Source: an uncultured Desulfospira sp. (lineage in GTDB: Bacteria; Desulfobacterota; Desulfobacteria; Desulfobacterales; Desulfobacteraceae). Taken from it: a DNA stretch of 64,000 nucleotides. Each line of letters begins with the position of its first letter. Within the stretch, counting starts at the first letter, position 1. A program made the translations under genes and the position numbers. The notes beneath the pieces are model-generated. The model made no database searches and was not told the origin of the DNA. It saw only the letters and a list, made by a program, of their open reading frames with translations. The stretch is taken from assembly GCA_963663165.1 (NCBI GenBank), contig OY760175.1, forward strand, positions 5,344,001 through 5,408,000, written 5' to 3'. Of this stretch, positions 31,761-41,818 are shown piece by piece.

Positions 31761-33068
31761 TCACATGCACCCCATGCCCGATCCCTGGCACGCTCCTGAG
31801 CGGGTTCTTTCCCGGACTTTGAGATGGCTGATGCCGGTATTGTTTTTAATGCCGCTGATCACCTCGGAGATCAGGCCGTTGACTTCAAAAATGAGGATGC
31901 CCTTCTGGCTTAATATGGATTTTGGGGACTTTCCAATGCCGGAGACCAGGAGCATGTCACAGTCTTCGATGATGCCGGCGGTTTTTTCCCATCTGGATTC
32001 CCCGCCCCCGGGTTCGGGAAGCTGCCGTTTGTCCACCAGGACCGGCACATCCATGCTTATGTCGTAAATGTTGAGGCTGTCGGCTTCGCCCAGGTGCTGG
32101 TTGACCAGGATTCCCTCCCGGGTGGCCACGGCCACAAGGCCTGTGGCCTTACAGCACCCTTTGGCCGGTTCATTTTCTCTGGGAACGGTAACGGTCATGT
32201 CTTCCTCATTGATCATGGACTGGAGCATCATGTTATCCATGAGCTTTATGTCTTCTTTTTCTCCTAATTTGCCCACCGCATCGGCCCGGCACCGGGTACA
32301 GTGAAGCATTTGAGGGATGTAGGCCCCGGTTTTTTTCCGGATGGCCTTCATGGTCTCTTTGTCCGGCTCTGCCAGGTGGGACAGGTTGGAACCTTCGCAA
32401 GGGTAGTAGGCAATGCAGTTGTGCAGGTCCACGTTCAGTTCGGCCATTTTTTGGGCAATTTCTTGGGCATGGGTATCGTTGATGCTGGGCAGGATAATGG
32501 TGTTTACCTTGACGATGATCCCCCGCTCCTTAAGGCCTTTGATGGATTCAAGCTGTTTTTCAAGCAACAGCCTGACCCCTTGTTCCGGCCCCATGGATCT
32601 TTTTCCGAACCTGACCCATGCGTAGATTTTTTCCGCAATCTTCGGGTCTATGGCATTCACCGTGATGGTGACATGGCTGACATCCAGGCGCTTGACATCA
32701 TCCAGGTAGGGGGGCAGGTTGAGCCCGTTGGTGGCCAGACACAGGATCATTTCCGGATATCTCTTGCGGACCAGTTCCATGGTGGCCAGGGTTTCTTCAG
32801 GGTTGGCAAAGGGGTCCCCGGGGCCGGCAATGCCGGCAACCGCGATATAGGGTTTTTCCTTCATGACCGCATCCAGGTAGTTAAGGGCCTGAAAGGGCTT
32901 TAAGATGGTGGAGCAGACCCCGGGCCGGGATTCATTGACGCAGTCAAATTTTCTGGAGCAGAAGTTGCACTGGATATTGCACCGGGGTGCCACGGGCAGA
33001 TGGACCCGGCCAAAGGATTTGCATGCCCCGGGATTAAAGCAGGGATGGTTTTCAAGATTCATGATCAT
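31761..33068 (-). CDS. nifB: FeMo-co biosynthesis radical SAM protein NifB
   Basis: HPC, CNIQCNFC, AGPGDP, CTRCRADA; C-terminal NifX-like domain. Confidence 0.96.
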   Translation of the reverse strand: MIMNLENHPCFNPGACKSFGRVHLPVAPRCNIQCNFCSRKFDCVNESRPGVCSTILKPFQALNYLDAVMKEKPYIAVAGIAGPGDPFANPEETLATMELVRKRYPEMILCLATNGLNLPPYLDDVKRLDVSHVTITVNAIDPKIAEKIYAWVRFGKRSMGPEQGVRLLLEKQLESIKGLKERGIIVKVNTIILPSINDTHAQEIAQKMAELNVDLHNCIAYYPCEGSNLSHLAEPDKETMKAIRKKTGAYIPQMLHCTRCRADAVGKLGEKEDIKLMDNMMLQSMINEEDMTVTVPRENEPAKGCCKATGLVAVATREGILVNQHLGEADSLNIYDISMDVPVLVDKRQLPEPGGGESRWEKTAGIIEDCDMLLVSGIGKSPKSILSQKGILIFEVNGLISEVISGIKNNTGISHLKVRERTRSGACQGSGMGCM

Positions 33069-33167
33069 TCCTTTTTTTCAAGCTATTAGCCGTTAGCGGT
33101 TAGCTATTAGTTGTTTGAGAAGCCTTAACAGCTAAAGGCTAACCGCGAACAGCTAAAGGCTCCCAAT

Positions 33168-34565
33168 TTACATATATGAATACCCCACAGGAGAAGACTC
33201 CTGCCGGTGGCATATAATGGCGTTGACAATGGTATCAAACAAAGCCTGGGCCCCTTTGTACCCGATGTGAAGGATCCGAGATCCGCCCATTCGGTCATGG
33301 ATGGGAAATCCGGTTCTGACCAGGGGAACCCCCATTTTTCTGGCCATGGCATACCCCTTGGAATTGCCGATGATCAGGTCCGGTTCAAGGCCTTTGGCCA
33401 TTTCTTCGATACTGGCGAAATCCATGTTGTCATGGATTTGAACCTGTTCGAAGATATTCGGGGCCAGAATATCTTTAAGGGCGGTTTTAAGGCGACAGCT
33501 GTGTCCGCCGGAAGCGCACAATACCGGAATCATGCCGATTTCCCCTAGGAACCCGGCCATGGACGTCACCAGATCTTCTTCCCCGTAAACCACGGCTTTT
33601 TTTCTGGACAGATACTTGTTCCCGTCCACATAGGCGTCCACCAGCCGCCATCTCTGGCTTTTGTAGGTTTCACGAACCGGCTTCCCCGTGATGGATTCAA
33701 TCTGTGCGAACAGCTGGTCCGTGGCCTTGACCCCGATGGGGATGGGGATGCGGACATTGGGAATATTGAAGCGTTCTTCAAGCAGGGCACCGGCGCTGGA
33801 TTCCTCTTTGTTAACCGAAGAAGTCGGGAAGGTGGTGCCAAACTCAATGGATTTGACCGCCAGGTGCATTTTTTCAATTTTGTCAATGGGGGTGCCGCCT
33901 TCCTGGATGGGCTGGTATTCACTCCATGAGGGGCCTTCGAGCCGGTCTGAAACATCGGGAAGAATCACGCAGTTGGCCTTGTGGTCCCTGAATATTTCTT
34001 TTAAATGACGGATGTCCTCATTGGAAAGCATTCCCGGGAACAGGTTAATGGTTTTTTTCTTTTTGGGCCGGTAGGTCACCTTTACGTCTTTGGGGTTGAA
34101 CCGGTCCACAACCGCCCGGACCGCCTGGTGGAACCCGTCAATATGGGTTCCTGAGTAGCTCGGGGTGGACACGTGAACCAGGGTGGTCCGGCCAAGTTTT
34201 CCATTGAGCTCATCTATGAGCATGGGCACATTGTCCCCGATGGTTTCGCTCAGACAGGTGGTGGCAATGCCGATCATGGCCGGGGAATACTGCCGGACCA
34301 CGTTTTCAATGGCCAGCTTCAGGTTGGCGCCGCCGCCGAAGATGGCGGTTTCCTCAGTAAAATTGGATGAGGCGATGTCGATGGGTTCTTTGTAATGGCT
34401 GATCAGATACCGCCGCATATAGGTGGAGCAGCCTTGGGACCCGTGGAGCAGCGGGACCGCGCTTTCGATTCCCTGAAACGCCAGGGTGGCCCCAAGGGGC
34501 GTACACATTTTACAGGCATTCCGTGTGGCGGTGTATGGCTGGTCTTTTTTACTCTGGGCTTTCAT
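33168..34565 (-). CDS. nifN: Nitrogenase cofactor scaffold NifN
   Basis: CKMCTPLG, HGSQGC, position after nifE; start at 34565. Confidence 0.92.
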   Translation of the reverse strand: MKAQSKKDQPYTATRNACKMCTPLGATLAFQGIESAVPLLHGSQGCSTYMRRYLISHYKEPIDIASSNFTEETAIFGGGANLKLAIENVVRQYSPAMIGIATTCLSETIGDNVPMLIDELNGKLGRTTLVHVSTPSYSGTHIDGFHQAVRAVVDRFNPKDVKVTYRPKKKKTINLFPGMLSNEDIRHLKEIFRDHKANCVILPDVSDRLEGPSWSEYQPIQEGGTPIDKIEKMHLAVKSIEFGTTFPTSSVNKEESSAGALLEERFNIPNVRIPIPIGVKATDQLFAQIESITGKPVRETYKSQRWRLVDAYVDGNKYLSRKKAVVYGEEDLVTSMAGFLGEIGMIPVLCASGGHSCRLKTALKDILAPNIFEQVQIHDNMDFASIEEMAKGLEPDLIIGNSKGYAMARKMGVPLVRTGFPIHDRMGGSRILHIGYKGAQALFDTIVNAIICHRQESSPVGYSYM

Positions 34566-35923
34566 TTTCCTTTCCTTCCAGCCCGTCTGGGGACCAGGTC
34601 CCATACCGGGCTTGTAACGGTCTGGTGGGCTTCTATGGCAAAATTTTTCATGCCGACGAATCCGGCCAGGGGAATCTTTCTTTCATGGTTATGGTCGCAG
34701 AAGCCAATGCCCATCTTAAAGGCAATGGGCCGCTCTTTGACCCCGCCGATAAACAGGTCGGCATCCTTTTCCACGATATACTTGGCCAGTTCTATGGGGT
34801 TGGCGTCGTCCAGGATCACCGTGCCCGGGTTGCACATTTCCTCAAGGATGGCATAATCTTCCTTGGTCCCGGTCTGGGAGCCGGCCAGAACCACTTCCAT
34901 GCCCAGGTGCTTTAAGGCCTTGATCAGGGAAAAGGCCTTAAAGGCGCCCCCCACATAGATGGCCGCTTTTTTCCCTTCAAGGTCTGCACGAATCCGGGTG
35001 AGTTCCGGCATGATGTCAAAGGTCTCCTGAAATACCAGTTCTTTGGTTTTTTCCAGAATTTCAGGCGCGTCGTCAAAGAATTCCGCCACCCGGTAAAGGG
35101 CTTCAGCCGTATCTTCAATGCCGAAGTAGGAGACCCGGATATAGGGAATGCCGTACTCTTTTTCCATCCACTGGGCCAGATGGGTCATGGCCCCGGAGCA
35201 TTGGACCACGTTCAGGCAGGCCGATGCCGCACGACTGACTTCGGCCACCCGGCTGTCCCCGGTAAACACGGAGACCACGTTCACGCCCATGGATTCGTAA
35301 TAGTCCCTGATGATCCAGGTTTCCCCGCCGATGTTAAATTCCCCCATGATATTAATGCTGTGGGGTATCTTTTGGGGGGCAGGGGTCCTGGAAATCAGGG
35401 CGCTTAAAGCATCACAGGCGGCCTTGTACCCGTCTTTTTTGGTCCCTTTAAACCCTTCGGAATGAACCGGCAGGACCGGGATGTTCTTTAGGGCTTCCAC
35501 CTTTTTGCAGACCGCCTCCACATCATCGCCAATAATGCCGATGATGCAGGTGCAGTAGACAAAGGCGGCTTTGGGGGCGTATTTGTCGATGAGCTGGCAT
35601 AATGCCTTTTCCAGCTTTTTCTCTCCCCCGTAAATCACATCGGTTTCAGACAGGTCTGTGGAAAAACTCATCCGGTGAAGTTCCGGGCCCGAGGACAGGG
35701 CCCCCCGGATGTCCCAGGTATAGGAGGCACATCCGATGGGGCCGTGGATCAGGTGAAGGGCATCGGCAATGGGGTAGAGAACCACCCGGGAACCACAGAA
35801 TACGCAGGCCCTCTGGCTTACGGAACCGGCCAGGCTCTTTTTTTCACAGGCAATCTCAAAATTGCCGCTGCCCTTCTCATGGATCTGTTTCTTTCGTTCT
35901 TTGAGAATCGTTAAGGTTTCCAT
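34562..35923 (-). CDS. nifE: Nitrogenase cofactor scaffold NifE
   Basis: SQRACVFCG, HGPIGCASYTW. Confidence 0.94.
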   Translation of the reverse strand: METLTILKERKKQIHEKGSGNFEIACEKKSLAGSVSQRACVFCGSRVVLYPIADALHLIHGPIGCASYTWDIRGALSSGPELHRMSFSTDLSETDVIYGGEKKLEKALCQLIDKYAPKAAFVYCTCIIGIIGDDVEAVCKKVEALKNIPVLPVHSEGFKGTKKDGYKAACDALSALISRTPAPQKIPHSINIMGEFNIGGETWIIRDYYESMGVNVVSVFTGDSRVAEVSRAASACLNVVQCSGAMTHLAQWMEKEYGIPYIRVSYFGIEDTAEALYRVAEFFDDAPEILEKTKELVFQETFDIMPELTRIRADLEGKKAAIYVGGAFKAFSLIKALKHLGMEVVLAGSQTGTKEDYAILEEMCNPGTVILDDANPIELAKYIVEKDADLFIGGVKERPIAFKMGIGFCDHNHERKIPLAGFVGMKNFAIEAHQTVTSPVWDLVPRRAGRKGK

Positions 35924-35983
35924 AACATTTTTTCGCTTTGAACCTGTTAAATCAAAAATCTATGCCTGTGCTTAGGCTTTTGG

Positions 35984-37360
35984 TTACTCAACCAGTTCGA
36001 ACCGTTCTTCGGGTGCATCCCGGTCGATGCGGTCCATAATAACGCCCAGGATTTTGTCCAGAAGGTGCAGGGCGCCCTTGTATCCCACTGTGGGGAAATA
36101 GGAATGACCGATCCGGTCCAGGATAGGAAATCCGTGCCGGACAAAGGGGATGTCTTCGTCACGGGCAATGTATTTGCCGTAAGTGTTGCAGATGAGCAGG
36201 TCTACCGGCTCGTTCTTGATCCACTGGTGCAGGTGGAACAGGTCACTCGGGCCTTTGACGTTGATCTCATCGCCGAACCGGGCCGTGACCTCTTTAATCC
36301 GCTGGGTAAACATCTTGCCCGGGGTCCCGGTCACGATATGAACCGGTTTCATGCCCATGGTGACCAGAAATTCGGTCAGGGGGATGAGCTGGTCCGGGTC
36401 ACCGGCAATGGCCACTTTTTTGCCGTACAAGTGGGGCTGCATGTCGGAAATCACGTCCAACAGCTGTCCCCGCTGCCGGGTAATGGTATCGGGAACGGAA
36501 ACCCCGGCAGCCGTGCGCAGGGTATCAATAAACCGGTCCGTGGCCAGAAGGCCGATGGGCAGGTCCAGGACCTGGCAGGGAACCTTGAACTGGCTGTCAA
36601 GGGCCCGGACCGCATCGGCAGAGGCAAAGGCCCCTAACCCGATGGACCCGAGGCTGTCACCGGTACTCTTTAATTCGCTGATGGTGACCCCGCCCTTGGG
36701 GTACATTTTAAATTTGCCGGTCAACGGGCCGTTCAGGATCCCGGAGGTGTCCGGAAAGAGGATGGGATCAATGCCCAGGGTCTGGACCATTTCCTTGATT
36801 TCGGTCATGTCTGAAGGTTCTACAAATCCCGGGACAATATTGAATTTGCCGTTGGTTTTGCCGGTCTTTTCAGCTAACTGGACGGCCATGGATTTAACCA
36901 TATTGGAAAACCCCGTGACATGGGATCCCACATAGGACGGGGTGGAGGTGTGGATCACATATTTGCCCACCGGCACCTTGCCCTCTTTTCTGGCCTTGTT
37001 GGCAATCTGGTTGACATCGTCCCCAATGGTTTCCGACAGGCAGGTGGTATGAACCGCCACGATGTCCGGATTATAAGTGGTAAAAATGGTTTCAAGGGCC
37101 TGGAGCAGGTTGGCCTGGCCGCCGAACACCGACGCCCCTTCGGTAAAGGAGGAGGTGGCCGCCATAATGGGCTCCCGGTAATGACGGGTCAGGGTGGACC
37201 GGTGGTAGGCGCAGCAGCCCTGGGACCCATGGCTGTGAGGCAGGCAGCCGTGAATCCCTAAGGCCGCATACATGGCCCCGATGGGCTGGCAGGTCTTGGC
37301 CGGATTGATCGCCAAAACTTTTCGTTCTTTGATTTCTTTTGGTGTATGTCGAAGCAGCAT
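35984..37360 (-). CDS. nifK: MoFe protein beta subunit
   Basis: NPAKTCQPIG, HGSQGC, TTCLSETIGDD. Confidence 0.96.
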   Translation of the reverse strand: MLLRHTPKEIKERKVLAINPAKTCQPIGAMYAALGIHGCLPHSHGSQGCCAYHRSTLTRHYREPIMAATSSFTEGASVFGGQANLLQALETIFTTYNPDIVAVHTTCLSETIGDDVNQIANKARKEGKVPVGKYVIHTSTPSYVGSHVTGFSNMVKSMAVQLAEKTGKTNGKFNIVPGFVEPSDMTEIKEMVQTLGIDPILFPDTSGILNGPLTGKFKMYPKGGVTISELKSTGDSLGSIGLGAFASADAVRALDSQFKVPCQVLDLPIGLLATDRFIDTLRTAAGVSVPDTITRQRGQLLDVISDMQPHLYGKKVAIAGDPDQLIPLTEFLVTMGMKPVHIVTGTPGKMFTQRIKEVTARFGDEINVKGPSDLFHLHQWIKNEPVDLLICNTYGKYIARDEDIPFVRHGFPILDRIGHSYFPTVGYKGALHLLDKILGVIMDRIDRDAPEERFELVE

Positions 37361-37476
37361 ATTGTTTTTTCTCCGTTTTTAATTAGGTGATTAGGCTGAA
37401 GGGGTTTAGGCTGAAGTCTCTCGATTGTCTAATAGCCTTCAGGCTATTTCCCTTCTACCTATCCACCTTCAGTCTT

Positions 37477-39108
37477 TTATTCCCATACATATTTGGCAGA
37501 AAGTTCAGGTGCCGCCTGCCAGGGCGCTTCCAGGTACTGCCAGATATTGGCGTTGAGCATCCGGTCAATTTCATCGTAAAAGTTCACGGCCCCTTTGAAT
37601 ACCGCATAGGGCCCGCCCGTGTCATAAGAGTGCAGCTGCTTCATGGGAATACCATGCTTCTGGACAGCGTATTTTTCCTTGATGCCGGCACAGAAGATAT
37701 CGGGTTTGTACATGGCAATAAGGGTTTCGGTTTCATGCTGGCTGATATCATCTACGATCAGGGAGCCTTTGACCATGTCCGGCACCATGCCGTCATATTC
37801 CTTAAAGGGATAGCCGGCCTCTTCCAACGCCTTCATCTGTTCAGTGGTTTTTCTGGGGTTGTACCGGGTTTCATCCTGTTCTATTTCCAGTTCCTCAATG
37901 TTTCTGGAGTCCGCATCAATTTTAATGTCCGGAATCACGTGCCGGCCTTCATAGTCATCCCTGTGGGCAAACTCATACCCGGCGGAAAGGACTTCCATGC
38001 CCATATCCCTGAACAGTTCCTGGTAGTGGTGGGCCCGGGAGCCGCCCACAAACATCATGGCTGTTTTTCCCGTACACCGTTTTCTGACGTCTTCAAGTTT
38101 GGCCTCAACCGGGGCCATTTCCTCGGCAATGACTTCTTCCACCCGGTCAATGAGCTCCTGGTCTTCAAAATAGGCCGCGATTTTGCGCAGGCTTTTGGCC
38201 GTTGATCTGGGCCCCAGGAAACTGACTTTTATCCAGGGAATGCCGTATTTGGTTTCCAGCATGTCGGCCACATAGTTGATGGACCGGTGGCACATGACCG
38301 TGTTCAGGTCGGCGGTGTGGCAGTTGGCAAACTGGTCATAGGTGGAGTTGCCGCTGAAGGTGGAGACCAGGCTGATGCCGCATTTGTTGAGCAGTTCTTC
38401 AATGATGAAACCGTCTCCGCCGATATTGTATTCGCCCAGAAGATTGATTTTATACTTGGCATCCATGATGGTGTCGTCTTCACCGATCACATGTTTAAAG
38501 ATGGCGTTGTTGGCAATGTGATGGCCGGCAGACTGGCTGACGCCCTTGTATCCTTCACAGGAGAATCCCCAGATGTTGATGCCCAGTTTTTCTTTCATCT
38601 CCTTTGCCACCGCATGGACATCGTCACCGATCAGCCCCACCGGACAGGTGGAAAAGATGGAGATGGCCTTGGGTTTGAAAATGTCATAGGCCTCCTGGAT
38701 GGCGGCCTTGAGTTTCTTTTCACCGCCAAAAACAATGTCCTCATCCTGCATGTCCGTGGAAAAGCAGTAGGTCATATAATTGTCGTCTTCATCCGATTTG
38801 GGACGGGTCTGGTTCCGCCGGGTCAGCCAGGAGTAGAATCCGCAGCCGATGGGCCCGTGGGTCAGATTGATAATATCCCGGGTCGGCCCCATGATCACGC
38901 CCTTGCAGCCGGCATAGCAGCATCCCCTCTGGGTGATGATGCCCGGGACCGTCCTGACATTGGCCCCGACCTTCAGTCCTTCTTTTTCATCGCTTGCAAC
39001 CGGTGTGATCTGTTTGGCCCTTTTCCGGGCTACTTTGGGTGGATACTTTGCCAGAATTTCTTTTTTTATGTCTTCCGGGTTAACGGCAATGGTTCGGTCG
39101 CCTGTCAT
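37477..39108 (-). CDS. nifD: MoFe protein alpha subunit
   Basis: GCCYAG, QSAGHH, CHRS, YEFAHRDDY, LHSYD; clostridial-type insertion. Confidence 0.97.
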   Translation of the reverse strand: MTGDRTIAVNPEDIKKEILAKYPPKVARKRAKQITPVASDEKEGLKVGANVRTVPGIITQRGCCYAGCKGVIMGPTRDIINLTHGPIGCGFYSWLTRRNQTRPKSDEDDNYMTYCFSTDMQDEDIVFGGEKKLKAAIQEAYDIFKPKAISIFSTCPVGLIGDDVHAVAKEMKEKLGINIWGFSCEGYKGVSQSAGHHIANNAIFKHVIGEDDTIMDAKYKINLLGEYNIGGDGFIIEELLNKCGISLVSTFSGNSTYDQFANCHTADLNTVMCHRSINYVADMLETKYGIPWIKVSFLGPRSTAKSLRKIAAYFEDQELIDRVEEVIAEEMAPVEAKLEDVRKRCTGKTAMMFVGGSRAHHYQELFRDMGMEVLSAGYEFAHRDDYEGRHVIPDIKIDADSRNIEELEIEQDETRYNPRKTTEQMKALEEAGYPFKEYDGMVPDMVKGSLIVDDISQHETETLIAMYKPDIFCAGIKEKYAVQKHGIPMKQLHSYDTGGPYAVFKGAVNFYDEIDRMLNANIWQYLEAPWQAAPELSAKYVWE

Positions 39109-39239
39109 AGTGTTACCCCTATTTTCTTTTTCTTGTTGATATATAGCTGTTAGCTTTTAGCTGTTAGCCGTTAGCCTTTTAATATGTGTTGTGGACACGG
39201 TGTTTACAGATTAATTGTCCGGACGGCCCGGGCCGTTGT

Positions 39240-39620
39240 TTAAAATTCATCCAGGACGGTGTTGCCGTTTTCCGATGTCCGGACGGAAACGGCGTCTTCG
39301 GTGGGCAGCACCCAGATAACCCCGTCCCCGGATTTCCCGGTCTGGTTGGCCTTGATGATGGTGTCCACGGTCTTGTCCACCAGATTGTCCGGTACGACGA
39401 TGAAGATGGCCCGTTTGGGAACGAGGCGGTCGATCTGCCCGAGCTGGGCAATGGCCTCTTCATACCCTTGTTCCGCACCCTTGAGCAGTTCCAGGTTGAC
39501 CATGCCTTTTCCCCGGCCCAGGCATTCCATGGCGGTCATGGAAGACACCCCGGCTTCAATCAGGGCCTTTTTGGTAAGGTTGATCTTGTTCATGCGGACA
39601 ATGGCCATAACCTCTTTCAT
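39240..39620 (-). CDS. nifI2: P-II family nitrogenase regulator NifI2
   Basis: MKEVMAIVR, GRGKG, TGKSGDG; lies between nifH and nifD. Confidence 0.88.
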   Translation of the reverse strand: MKEVMAIVRMNKINLTKKALIEAGVSSMTAMECLGRGKGMVNLELLKGAEQGYEEAIAQLGQIDRLVPKRAIFIVVPDNLVDKTVDTIIKANQTGKSGDGVIWVLPTEDAVSVRTSENGNTVLDEF

Positions 39621-39982
39621 GATGACACCTCTTCGGACGCTGCCTCCTCAACCCCGCCTTCCTTTACCCCTGAACTGATGGTATAGGTCTCGATGACGGG
39701 GGAAACAAAGATCTTGCCGTCACCAAAGGCGCCTTTTGTACCTGTTTTTGCCGTGGCCAGGATGGTTTTAAGGACAAATTCCTTGTCTTTTTCATTCACA
39801 ACAGAAATCAGCATTTCTTTTGGAATTTCGTCATAGGTGATCTCGCCGATTTTGATCCCCCGCTGCTTTCCCCGTCCTGCCACGCTCATCCGGGTAACCG
39901 CCGGGTATCCGGCTTCCATGAGGGCGGCCATGACTTCGTTGACTTTTTCAGGGCGGACAATGGATTTAATCATTATTTTCAT
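39617..39982 (-). CDS. nifI1: P-II family nitrogenase regulator NifI1
   Basis: IVRPEK, GRGKQRG, YDEIPK, GAFGDGKIF. Confidence 0.9.
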   Translation of the reverse strand: MKIMIKSIVRPEKVNEVMAALMEAGYPAVTRMSVAGRGKQRGIKIGEITYDEIPKEMLISVVNEKDKEFVLKTILATAKTGTKGAFGDGKIFVSPVIETYTISSGVKEGGVEEAASEEVSS

Positions 39983-40107
39983 GGATGGTCTTCCTTGTTT
40001 TTGTGAAAGGCTGAAGGTTTTTAGGCTGAAGGCTGTTAGCCAGCCATTGTTGCCATCTTCATTGCTTTCATGGTTTGTTGGCTGTTATTAAATTCGGTTG
40101 TTCTTGT

Positions 40108-40986
<879 letters not shown>

Positions 40987-41000
40987 TTAAAACCTGATAA

Positions 41001-41016
41001 AGCAATGGGTGTTCCA
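41001..41016 (-). promoter_or_regulatory. sigma54 -24/-12 promoter of the nif operon
   Basis: TGGAAC-ACCCA-TTGCT (GG-N10-GC) about 70 bp upstream of nifH. Confidence 0.75.
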
Positions 41017-41226
41017 GGCGTGCCGAAAGGAAAGAAATAATTTTTAACTGCTCGGAAAAAAAGAAGAATATTTTTTATTATTAAAATAATTAGAACAAAG
41101 TCAGGCTCGGACTAAACATAAAAAAATCCAAATTCGTTATTAGTTGATTACAATTATGAAACTATTTATATAATATAGATTTTTTTTGCAAAAAATTAAA
41201 ACTCAGCCTCGAACGCCGCCCTGAGA

Positions 41227-41475
41227 CACCATAACCGTATCAACATTAATCTTGCAGGAAAACCGGGAAACAAATTTGAAGCTGATAAATTCGCTTATTA
41301 CCAAACGATTCCTGCGCTCAAAGAATATATTCTTGTATCTTTTTTATATGAAATTCTCGCTAACGAGCTGAAAAGACTTTCATTTTTCGTTGTGGACGGT
41401 GCTTGGTTGGATAATCCAAGCCGTCCGTGACGGTTATCCGAAATTTACCAGAATGTTGAGGTTGAATCAAAATAG
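41227..41475 (+). pseudogene. Uma2-family endonuclease remnant
   Basis: Hand translation: HNRININL...DKFAYYQTIPALKEYILVS...LSEIYQNVE with an in-frame TGA at 41428. Confidence 0.6.
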
Positions 41476-41494
41476 ATGAACGTGAAGCTGTATA

Positions 41495-41758
41495 TCAATT
41501 AAAAACCGTTTTGTATTTTTGTTCAATGGCCTGAGCTTCCGATGAGGTCAGCTCTTTGAATTCTTTTTCCCGGGCACGGTTTGAAAGCGTGCCATGGTGT
41601 TGGACAAGAAAACGGATGAGCAGGTCAACAAGCTTATCCGGCATATCAATATCGTTTTTTATGAGCTTGTTGAGAAGATTGTATTCTCTTAAGTATTCGA
41701 CTTCTTCAGGAACATTTTTCTTTGATTTCATATTATTTTCATAATATATCTTCCCCAA
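41495..41758 (-). pseudogene. C-terminal fragment of a Fic-family protein
   Basis: PEEVEYL..Y...DMPDKLVDLLIRFL.Q..G.LS.RAREKEF resembles Fic C-termini; no Fic core motif. Confidence 0.55.
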
Positions 41759-41818
41759 TTGACGAACGCTGGAATTTTTCTCCAGGCATAACCCGGGGAT
41801 AAAGATCAGGGAGGACTG

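Noticed and set aside
31651..31791. Repetitive N-terminal extension of the ferredoxin (..DTRYKIRDTRYE..)
   Set aside because: Artefact of reading through the heptamer DNA repeat; the true start is 31650
41135..41152. NifA upstream activator site
   Set aside because: Reads CGT-N12-ACA, not TGT-N10-ACA
41428..41430. TGA in the Uma2 remnant as a second Sec codon
   Set aside because: The gene is otherwise deleted and decayed, and the family has no redox-Cys context here
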